From a virus (Duplodnaviria; Caudoviricetes), in the IMG/VR virus record IMGVR_UViG_3300034388_000038, positions 1-59,034 of that record: a DNA stretch of 59,034 nucleotides, one strand, 5' to 3'. The notes beneath the pieces were generated by a model. That model saw nothing but the letters and a program-made list of their open reading frames with translations, was not told the DNA's origin and ran no database searches. How positions within the stretch are numbered: the first letter of the stretch is position 1; every line of letters begins with the position of its first letter. The translations under genes and the position numbers were made by a program. This document shows positions 52,282 to 59,034 of this stretch, in pieces.

Positions 52282-52457
52282 AGCTTCACCTTCACTGGAC
52301 GGCCGATGTTGTCGCGGGCGTAACACCCGCACCGCTCATTGATTTGGACGCACCGGGAGTCAGAGCAAGCTGCACTATATTCGTGTGGCTTTCCATGCAC
52401 ACATCCGTTCGTACATATGACCAGAGCCCCTGCCTTACTGCACACCACCGGTTTCAT
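52278..52457 (-). CDS. Cys-rich small protein ending DNIGRP (59 aa)
   Basis: Translated by hand; C.HG.PH...C...C...RC...DNIGRP; ATGA coupling. Confidence 0.6.
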   Translation of the reverse strand: MKPVVCSKAGALVICTNGCVHGKPHEYSAACSDSRCVQINERCGCYARDNIGRPVKVKL

Positions 52458-53617
52458 CGCTGCACCATCAGCTTCTTGAACGCTTCCTCCGCTTCGATCT
52501 GTGCGTTGGTCGTCTCCAACAACGCCGGGAAGATCGGGTCACTGCGGAAGAAATACGTATCGACCATCATCTCCAGCTCGGCGCCGAGGAACTCCGCGCG
52601 TATCCAGGACAGCACATGACCGCAGCGGCAGTACATCATCAGTGCCTTGCAGTCAGGACAGACGCGCGCTTTGACAGCGAAGTGCCCGCACTTGAACTTC
52701 GTGGCGATCTTATCTTCGACCGACTGGCGCACGGTTTTCTTGGCCTCGTGCGTGAGGTCCTGGAGAAAATACTGCGGCACCTTCTTGAACGAGGAGAGAG
52801 GGATGACATCGGCCTCGCCCTTCTTGGCCGGCGGCCAGTTCGCATCGTTATCCCAGTCACGATCGTAGTAATCGTAGCCGCCGTATCCGCCGTTGTACTT
52901 TCCCTTTTTTCCCCAGCGCTGTTTCACCTCGATGACATTATGCCGCTCGGCCATCGGCTCACGACACATGCGATAGACACGGCTGATGGTCAGGTACAAC
53001 TCGTCGAGATGCAGCCGTTCGTTCAGCGTGTGCTGGCTGTAGTACCCGACCGACAGGTTCACACCGGGAATTCGGTAGGCGTTGTTCAAGTCCGCCACGT
53101 CGGAGTAGCTGCCCGTCGCAGGGATAAATCCAAAGCGTTCGACGTACTCGTGGATGACCTTGGGATTGCTGGCGTACTCCACCCAGTCGTTGGCACCCCG
53201 ACGATCGAGGGCCAGGATGAGATTGAACTCGTCTCCTGTGAGCAGGCCTGACTTGATGAGCGCCTTGGCCCCGGCCCCGCCCGTCTCCTCGTAGTTCGTG
53301 AGGATGATGTTGGGCAGTGGATGCTTGGAGAACTTCAGCCGGTTCACCACTTCGAGGATGGCATACACCCCCGCCCGGTCGTCCGCGCCCAACGGATGCG
53401 GCAGCTTGTTGCGGATGATCTTGTTCTCCATGACCGGATCGCACTTGGTAATGTGGACGGTGTCCACGTGGGCCATCAGGCACATAGCGTGCCCGGTCTT
53501 GAACATCAGGTAGTTGTCACCATCCGTGTCAACATGGCCCACAGTGCGCAGCTTTTCGGCGACGTAACGCAGGACTTCCTTCTCGCTCATGGTCAGGAGT
53601 TTCATCAGCTCAGTCAT
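52454..53617 (-). CDS. M28/M20-like zinc peptidase with C-terminal Zn ribbon
   Basis: AHVDTV, LGADDRAG, EETG, LDRRG, SYSD, NLSVGY..QHT..E. Confidence 0.8.
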   Translation of the reverse strand: MTELMKLLTMSEKEVLRYVAEKLRTVGHVDTDGDNYLMFKTGHAMCLMAHVDTVHITKCDPVMENKIIRNKLPHPLGADDRAGVYAILEVVNRLKFSKHPLPNIILTNYEETGGAGAKALIKSGLLTGDEFNLILALDRRGANDWVEYASNPKVIHEYVERFGFIPATGSYSDVADLNNAYRIPGVNLSVGYYSQHTLNERLHLDELYLTISRVYRMCREPMAERHNVIEVKQRWGKKGKYNGGYGGYDYYDRDWDNDANWPPAKKGEADVIPLSSFKKVPQYFLQDLTHEAKKTVRQSVEDKIATKFKCGHFAVKARVCPDCKALMMYCRCGHVLSWIRAEFLGAELEMMVDTYFFRSDPIFPALLETTNAQIEAEEAFKKLMVQR

Positions 53618-53685
53618 TGGGTATTCCTTCTCCCTCTCGGGGGTTAGGGTAAAGAATCAAAGGTTGCCTCGCTTCGCTCGCGCAG

Positions 53686-53725
53686 GTGCGTCGCTGCGCT
53701 CCCGCATTCTGCCTAACGTTAGGCA
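53686..53725. repeat. Companion 21-mer (53686-53706) plus palindrome copy 6 (53710-53725)
   Basis: GTGCGTCGCTGCGCTCCCGCA-ttc-TGCCTAACGTTAGGCA. Confidence 0.85.
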
Positions 53726-53728
53726 AGA

Positions 53729-55741
53729 TTACTTATCTTCCGGAGCGGAGAACGAAACGGTGTAGGCCGCGTTGTACGCCCCCCCGGTCGTCACCTGCTG
53801 CAACAGCCCATCGATGTCCTCGTCGGTCAGCTTCTCCTTCGCAGCGAGAGCCGGGGCTTGCTTGCACTCGCAGGTCTTCTGCTTACGCGGACGGTACTTG
53901 CCGCACGCACGGCAGCGGATGTAGTTCTCCGTGGTGCAGTGGGCGCACACACCCGTCACAGAGTTAATGTCCGGGCGGTAGTGATATTTTCCGCAGCCTT
54001 CGCACAGACGGTAGTGCGCGTCACGGCATGACTGGCAGACACGACGTCCTTCGCCACCGCGCATGACTTCCAGCAGTGGTGTCTCGTGGTAGGTGCTGCA
54101 CGACCGGCAGTAATGGAACAATTCATCGCCATGCTCGTCGATACAGTCGGAGCAAATGAGGACCGACGCACCGTCAGCCTTACGCAGCGTACACATCCGG
54201 CTCTTCAAGTGCATCCCGTCACAGTGGGCACAGGATACGAAGTTCCTGGCCCAACACGCAGCGCAGTAGTGACTGTCACGATAGACGTAATGGTGCTCGC
54301 CAATCTCTGCCGGCAGATGTTTCCCGCAGCTGCACTTCATCCGCCGGGGAATCTTCGATCGGCACGAACCACACAGGCAGGTCCGGGCGTCAATCTCCCG
54401 CTCGGTGCCGCAGTTCACACAGACAGGCTTGGTGTAGTGGACGTGGAAGTTCGAGCTGTAGCCCTTGGCCTTGAGGAAGGCCAGGTCCTTGTCGTTGCTG
54501 TCGAAATATCCGCCCCACGAATGGCCGGTCTTGTTCACCAGATTGACAGAGCACTGCTTACGCCGTACCCACACGGCGCCGGGGACGAGGGCGTCCTCGA
54601 AGAACTCACGCACAGCCTTACGCTTATCCTCGGGGAAGACACCGTAGCTCTTGAGCTGGAGAATCTGCTCAGTCTCCGGATCATAGTACAGCCACATGCG
54701 CCCGGTCTTTTTCAGCGGCGTACCGATGAACGCCATGTAGGTCGCCGGAGTTCTGGACAGACCGACGTTGCCGGCGAAGTGCTGACCCCCTGCGCTATGG
54801 CAGGAAGAGAACCCACCCCCGTTGCTACTGGTGACGAAGTCCGCAGGATTGGCCGTGATTGTGAGCGAGGCCTTGGACTTGCACGCCGCACCGATCAGGC
54901 CGACAAATCCCTCACGGGTTGGCAGGTTCTTGGTCACGCCCAGCGCTCGGCAGTACTCGAGCGCACGCTGGGGGATGGGGTTGGGCATGCACTGGGTGAG
55001 GGCACGGGTGAGCTTGGTATCCTGGCCCTTGCTCGTCTTGCAAGTATTGGTGGCGTAGTTCAGATCAGAGAACCCCGCATCCTTCAGCCACTTATCCAGA
55101 TAGTTCACGGCCAGTTCGCGCAGGTTCGGATTGGACGCAAGCAGTTCCTTCTGCGTGACTTCGTAATCCATCTGCATACGCAGGTGTTTGTCGAGAGGGA
55201 GATGGTGTCGCTTCTCAATAGCCGCTGTGACGATCGCCCGTGCGACCTTCTCGTGCATGTCAGCACAGAAGACTTCAAGTTCGCCGGTATCCAGCGTGCG
55301 CCACGCAGAGATGAGTTCCTGCACCAGAGCCTCGACGTCAGGCTCAGCTGCCGGTGTCTTGAGAGGAACGACGAACGGCTCCTCCTCTTCCGGTTCCGCT
55401 GCGGGCTTGAGTTCCTCGATGAAGTGGAACATGTCGCAGCCCAAGCTCCAGTCGGCGTTGAGCTGGGAGCACTCCGCCGCAGTGAGGTCAGACCCAGGTG
55501 CGTGGAAGAACATCAGGTAGATCGTCGGGTCGGTCGGGTAATCCGCCGTCAACGACGGAGTGTCTTTGGCCATGCGCCCCACGATGCAGGTCTTGCCACC
55601 AAAGGCAGCCCCCATCTTGGGGTTCCACCCGAAGCCGAATTCCGTCGGGTCTTTGATTTCCTCGTTGGTCTTCGCCTTCACGACAAACAGTCGTGGCATC
55701 TTGCCGGGGTCGTCCGGTCCGCTGTACTCAATCTCAGCCAT
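53729..55741 (-). CDS. Large hypothetical protein with tandem CxxC Zn ribbons (670 aa)
   Basis: About a dozen CxxC/CxC pairs in the C-terminal third; central ITANP.DF.TSS....FSSCH motif. Confidence 0.75.
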   Translation of the reverse strand: MAEIEYSGPDDPGKMPRLFVVKAKTNEEIKDPTEFGFGWNPKMGAAFGGKTCIVGRMAKDTPSLTADYPTDPTIYLMFFHAPGSDLTAAECSQLNADWSLGCDMFHFIEELKPAAEPEEEEPFVVPLKTPAAEPDVEALVQELISAWRTLDTGELEVFCADMHEKVARAIVTAAIEKRHHLPLDKHLRMQMDYEVTQKELLASNPNLRELAVNYLDKWLKDAGFSDLNYATNTCKTSKGQDTKLTRALTQCMPNPIPQRALEYCRALGVTKNLPTREGFVGLIGAACKSKASLTITANPADFVTSSNGGGFSSCHSAGGQHFAGNVGLSRTPATYMAFIGTPLKKTGRMWLYYDPETEQILQLKSYGVFPEDKRKAVREFFEDALVPGAVWVRRKQCSVNLVNKTGHSWGGYFDSNDKDLAFLKAKGYSSNFHVHYTKPVCVNCGTEREIDARTCLCGSCRSKIPRRMKCSCGKHLPAEIGEHHYVYRDSHYCAACWARNFVSCAHCDGMHLKSRMCTLRKADGASVLICSDCIDEHGDELFHYCRSCSTYHETPLLEVMRGGEGRRVCQSCRDAHYRLCEGCGKYHYRPDINSVTGVCAHCTTENYIRCRACGKYRPRKQKTCECKQAPALAAKEKLTDEDIDGLLQQVTTGGAYNAAYTVSFSAPEDK

Positions 55742-55776
55742 AGCTATTCCTTTCCCATAGGTGGGATTAGAAGGAA

Positions 55777-55803
55777 CGAGGGGGCGCACTGTGCGCCCCC
55801 TCG
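55777..55803 (-). terminator. Perfect 13-bp inverted repeat, probable terminator
   Basis: CGAGGGGGCGCAC-N-GTGCGCCCCCTCG followed by TTCCTTCT on minus strand. Confidence 0.6.
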
Positions 55804-55819
55804 CAGGTCAGGGTTGATG

Positions 55820-56614
55820 TTACGCCAGCTTGGCCTTGCTGGTGTCGTCAGTGAGAGGCAGCCCCGCCGTCGCAGCGGCGGTCCGATTGATGCTGCTGCA
55901 ACGATCCATCCCACTGGTCGTGAAGCGAATCACGTTGCCACTGCTCACCATGCAGCCACGGTGGTCAACCAGCACAACGCGCACCTCGGTCGAGGACTGC
56001 TGGTTCAGTTTCAGATACACCTCACCAGCCTTCGCAGTCGCCGGGTCGTAGACCTTGGGGAACTTCGGCTGGGGCTTAGGCGCCGCCTGCTTGGTACCGG
56101 ACGCAGCAGCAGTGGCGCCGGTGTTCTTACGGTACGCCTCGATCCACTGGGCGAGACGCACCATCGCCTCGTCACGGGTGAAGGTCTTGCCGAGGCAGGT
56201 CTGACCGGTCATCTGCACCCACGGACAGGCAGCGCAGCTGCTCGGCTGAATGGTCACCTGACGCCCTGCCGTGACGGTACAGAGATGGCAGTTGGAGAAC
56301 TGCCGGGTCGGGTGCTGCTCCGCACTGGCGGCGTACTGGGCCAGGGTCTTGGCCATCGCCTGGATGTAGGCGTCCTTGTTCGGGAACCCGGTCGGCACCG
56401 GAGCCATGCGGCTCCAGTAGGCGGACTCGATCACGCCGTCCTCGCGCTGGAAGTAGGGCTTGGTCGGGTCGACCGCGTTCGGGCCGACGTAGGTGACGAC
56501 CGAACCGATCGGGAAATCCTTGTTCGGCTTGAGCTTCGCGTGCGGGACGACCACGAACTTGGTACCGATGGCGATTTCCGGATGGGTGGACTTCGGTTTG
56601 AAAGGGCTCTTCAT
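55820..56614 (-). CDS. Multi-domain protein: N-terminal RNEER-family-like domain + Cys cluster (264 aa)
   Basis: AAGGAGGT SD; HPEIAIGTKF...IGSVVTY...YWSRMAP; CHLC/CAACPW; strong codon bias. Confidence 0.75.
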   Translation of the reverse strand: MKSPFKPKSTHPEIAIGTKFVVVPHAKLKPNKDFPIGSVVTYVGPNAVDPTKPYFQREDGVIESAYWSRMAPVPTGFPNKDAYIQAMAKTLAQYAASAEQHPTRQFSNCHLCTVTAGRQVTIQPSSCAACPWVQMTGQTCLGKTFTRDEAMVRLAQWIEAYRKNTGATAAASGTKQAAPKPQPKFPKVYDPATAKAGEVYLKLNQQSSTEVRVVLVDHRGCMVSSGNVIRFTTSGMDRCSSINRTAAATAGLPLTDDTSKAKLA

Positions 56615-56661
56615 GTGTGTTACCTCCTTGGTTTGGGTTGCGTTGAGTGCGTTGTGCGAGC

Positions 56662-56701
56662 GCGTCGCTTCGCTCCCGCTCTTCGTGCCTAACGTTAGGC
56701 A
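56662..56701. repeat. Companion motif variant (56662-56679) plus palindrome copy 7 (56686-56701)
   Basis: GCGTCGCTTCGCTCCCGC-N6-TGCCTAACGTTAGGCA. Confidence 0.85.
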
Positions 56702-56760
56702 GCTTCGTAGATAGGTGAATCGCTCTGCTTCCAGCAGTGCCTTGAGCGCTTGGGAAATTC

Positions 56761-56988
56761 TCATGCAATCCTCCTCACGATACGTTCTCTGAGCGTCGGC
56801 CGTGTCGAGAAACACTTCTCGCACAGCCCATGCGGTCCTCCTTTCTCCGGCAGGTAGCGAGCGAACTTGATACGGCTGTCTTGCCGAAAGACTTTGCCGC
56901 ACTCGCTGTAGTGTTGGCCGGGCAGGAACAGGTGCGCCGGCGCCGTCAGATTACGGGTGTTGAAACCCAGGATGTAGTCGTCAGTCAC
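56761..56988 (-). CDS. Small Zn-binding protein
   Basis: AH.......SECG...LCEKC. Confidence 0.6.
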   Translation of the reverse strand: MTDDYILGFNTRNLTAPAHLFLPGQHYSECGKVFRQDSRIKFARYLPEKGGPHGLCEKCFSTRPTLRERIVRRIA

Positions 56989-57337
56989 GCCAGTTCACCA
57001 ACTGGCACTCAGAAATATCGAAGCGCTTAATCGTTCTTCCACCCGTGTCCGTAATGAGCAGAGACAGATTGCTCGTGTAGTACCCGTTGTTCGACCCGTA
57101 CCCAGGGATACGAACAGGGAACCCGTTTAGTGGCTTGAGTGCGATGCCGTAGTCCTCAATGCGCTCGAAGAAATCCTCAGCTTCGAGGTCAAACTCAAGC
57201 CCGTCGAAGTCTGCTAAGGTCAGATCATCGAAGCTGAGGTAATGAGATTCGCAGCAGTCCTGCGAATGATACGCGCTGAGAATAAGCCCGTTGTCAAACA
57301 CCAACGCATCTGCGATTGCTACAACTTTTGCTTTCAT
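56981..57337 (-). CDS. Conserved-looking phage protein (H.QDCCE...GSNNGYY)
   Basis: AGGAGGT SD; recognisable QDCCE/NGYY motif. Confidence 0.75.
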   Translation of the reverse strand: MKAKVVAIADALVFDNGLILSAYHSQDCCESHYLSFDDLTLADFDGLEFDLEAEDFFERIEDYGIALKPLNGFPVRIPGYGSNNGYYTSNLSLLITDTGGRTIKRFDISECQLVNWRD

Positions 57338-57355
57338 GCGTACCTCCTGTTTGGG

Positions 57356-57607
57356 TTAGAGATTATCAGGCCTCCACATATCGTTGCGAACAGGGCGAAG
57401 ACGCCAGAGAGATGCAAGAGCAGGCTCAACTCCCCCGCTTCGACCTACAACAGTCCCCTCGAACACAATACCCTCGTACCCAAAGCGCCATTCCGTTGCG
57501 TGGAAGATCGCGCCTTGGCCATACACCGAGTGGTCATCGTTGATGACAAGATAGTCACCGAACTCCGCCCTTGGGTAGCGCTGGCCGTTTCTGAACACCC
57601 CCTTCAT
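57356..57607 (-). CDS. Divergent RNEER-family paralog G (83 aa)
   Basis: YPRAEFGDYL...LWRLRPVRND. Confidence 0.6.
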   Translation of the reverse strand: MKGVFRNGQRYPRAEFGDYLVINDDHSVYGQGAIFHATEWRFGYEGIVFEGTVVGRSGGVEPALASLWRLRPVRNDMWRPDNL

Positions 57608-57608
57608 A

Positions 57609-57770
57609 TCACTTCTCAGCCCGAGCCACGTCGAGCCAGAGCTTGGCCAGGACCTGGTTGTTCTTGGTGCGGACCATCGGAGTCTCGTCGCCATCGAAGT
57701 CAACGGCGTCCTGGCGACGGGCGAGGAGTTGCTTTCTTTCGAAGCGATCGTGCTGCACGTTTCCGGTCAT
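57609..57770 (-). CDS. Hypothetical protein (53 aa)
   Basis: Translated by hand; GGAGG SD, ATGA coupling. Confidence 0.55.
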   Translation of the reverse strand: MTGNVQHDRFERKQLLARRQDAVDFDGDETPMVRTKNNQVLAKLWLDVARAEK

Positions 57771-57928
57771 GACTTCCTCCCTAAGTTCTTGAGATCGTGC
57801 GGGGTTTTGGTTGGCTGGTCCAACCAGTCAATGAGTCTGAAGATCAGCTCGCCTATGCCCCAGATAATACAGGCCAGAGAAAGGCAAGCCGCAGCCAGGA
57901 TGATGAAGACGATGAGGGTGTCTATCAT
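57767..57928 (-). CDS. Small membrane protein (53 aa)
   Basis: Translated by hand; LIVFIILAAACLSLACIIWGIG TM segment; ATGA coupling. Confidence 0.55.
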   Translation of the reverse strand: MIDTLIVFIILAAACLSLACIIWGIGELIFRLIDWLDQPTKTPHDLKNLGRKS

Positions 57929-58191
57929 TTGTGCACCGCCCGGTATCCGAGGAGAGGGCGCACGTTACCAGTGAGTGTGACAGTCGTAGCCATGCCGTCT
58001 TTGACGAACGACCAGCCGAGTTCCAAGCCCTCGCCCGTGTCACGCCAGACCATGCCGTCCGGCTTGCCAAAGTGACGGATACACCAGCCACGCAGGGTGC
58101 GCAGGTCCAGCCGCTTTGCCTTGAACACCTCCGTGTGCTCCGTGTGCGTCGCCTCTTCGTTGATCGTGACCATGATGACTTCCTTCTTCAT
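57925..58191 (-). CDS. Hypothetical protein
   Basis: AAGGAG SD. Confidence 0.6.
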   Translation of the reverse strand: MKKEVIMVTINEEATHTEHTEVFKAKRLDLRTLRGWCIRHFGKPDGMVWRDTGEGLELGWSFVKDGMATTVTLTGNVRPLLGYRAVHK

Positions 58192-58217
58192 TGCCTCTCT
58201 CCTTGTTGGGGTTTAGG

Positions 58218-58463
58218 TCAATAACGCCAGATAATCCGGCGGTCTGTTACGCTACGATACTCGATGAACTTCAGATAGGAAGGACCAAGACTGAAACCAG
58301 AGAGCGTGTTCATGTGTACGAGATACCCGCGCTGGTCAACAAACATCTCGTCACCAACCGCCAACCTACCAGGCGGAGTCCACGAAGGGACTTTAGTTAG
58401 CGCGAACACAGCGATGATAAGTGGCGTCTCTGCGCATATCCGTCTGAACTCATCAGCTTTCAT
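58218..58463 (-). CDS. Hypothetical protein (81 aa)
   Basis: AAGGAGG SD directly downstream of palindrome 8. Confidence 0.6.
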   Translation of the reverse strand: MKADEFRRICAETPLIIAVFALTKVPSWTPPGRLAVGDEMFVDQRGYLVHMNTLSGFSLGPSYLKFIEYRSVTDRRIIWRY

Positions 58464-58479
58464 CTCGTTCCTCCTTGTT

Positions 58480-58495
58480 TGCCTAACGTTAGGCA
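58480..58495. promoter_or_regulatory. Palindrome copy 8, between promoter and SD
   Basis: Exact TGCCTAACGTTAGGCA. Confidence 0.85.
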
Positions 58496-58537
58496 ACCTA
58501 TCGATCTTGCTTATCTTTCTTCTCTCACTGTAGATAC

Positions 58538-58566
58538 AGTATACCATAGTTAAATGCTTATGTCAA
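58538..58566 (-). promoter_or_regulatory. Sigma70-type promoter (duplicate of 1331-1359)
   Basis: TTGACA-17 bp-TATACT; spacer TAAGCATTTAACT shared. Confidence 0.8.
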
Positions 58567-58875
58567 TAGCCGCCACAAGGTGTGTGTCAAGGTCCGCCAA
58601 TGGCGCACCCAAAACCCAGGAACTTCGACGTCGTTGCGGCTCGGCCTCAGCCCGTGCCAGTAGAGATAAGTGTTTTGCCTCAACCCAATCGCATCACGAT
58701 AGGAAAATTTCGGCCATCGAGTGCCGTCGTTGCATCGAAGAGATACCTCGGTTCCGACCGGACAGTCAGATTCCAGGAATGAATTCCCACCCGGCCCATA
58801 CGCCCGCGTGTCTACGACGACGTACTTCTCACCGGCCTTGGCCTCGGGTCTCGGCGCGTTGGGATAGGTTCTCAT
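58558..58875 (-). CDS. RNEER-family paralog F (105 aa); start also present at 82-84
   Basis: PRPEAKAGEKYVV...VGTEVSL..NDGT.WP.F...YWHGLRPSRND. Confidence 0.75.
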   Translation of the reverse strand: MRTYPNAPRPEAKAGEKYVVVDTRAYGPGGNSFLESDCPVGTEVSLRCNDGTRWPKFSYRDAIGLRQNTYLYWHGLRPSRNDVEVPGFWVRHWRTLTHTLWRLLT

Positions 58876-59034
58876 CGCTCTTCGTTCCTTAACGGACGGA
58901 GTTGATACCAGTAGATCGTACTCGATCTACCTGTCCTGTCATTTGTAAACATGCTGTGTCGCAGAGTCTTGGAGTTTAGCTTCAACGTCACGATGTCCCC
59001 AGCCTCAGAGCCATAGCTCTCATCGAAGTCATCC
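58792..59034. repeat. Right copy of the 243-bp terminal overlap
   Basis: Matches 1-243 with three variant sites. Confidence 0.95.

Noticed and set aside
53729-54430. Multiheme cytochrome
   Set aside because: Cys pairs are CxxC without the directly following His of CxxCH and there is no signal peptide; Zn ribbons fit better

Overview
The window is an apparently complete, circularly closed tailed dsDNA phage genome. Positions 1-243 recur at 58792-59034 with three differences, giving a unit length of about 58,791 bp. Gene content is podovirus-like. A rightward late arm (3365-34377) carries a probable small terminase, head spike/fibre and lysis genes, an intein-containing large terminase, portal, scaffold, an N4-gp56-type major capsid protein, adaptor/tail genes and three ejection-type proteins, the last a 2442-aa PLxRFG/HExxH polyvalent protein. 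A leftward early/middle arm (34456-59034 continuing through 1-2996) carries primase-helicase, SNF2 helicase, VRR-NUC, PD-(D/E)XK nuclease, HNH endonuclease, family A DNA polymerase, an M28-like peptidase and many small ORFs. I saw no integrase, RNA polymerase, tRNA or CRISPR array. Most unusual: (1) two Shine-Dalgarno-preceded small genes nested in the +1 frame inside the giant virion protein; (2) a tandem array of small paralogous genes ending W..L.PLRNEER, bracketed by duplicated promoter-plus-palindrome cassettes, with one member differing between the end copies by a hairpin-loop micro-inversion and two non-synonymous changes; (3) eight copies of a 16-bp palindrome TGCCTAACGTTAGGCA confined to the early arm; (4) a ~1 kb non-coding region with iteron-like 9-mers, a perfect DnaA box and a (GGGAGCTT)15 tract. 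All family assignments come from reading motifs by eye; no database search was run.
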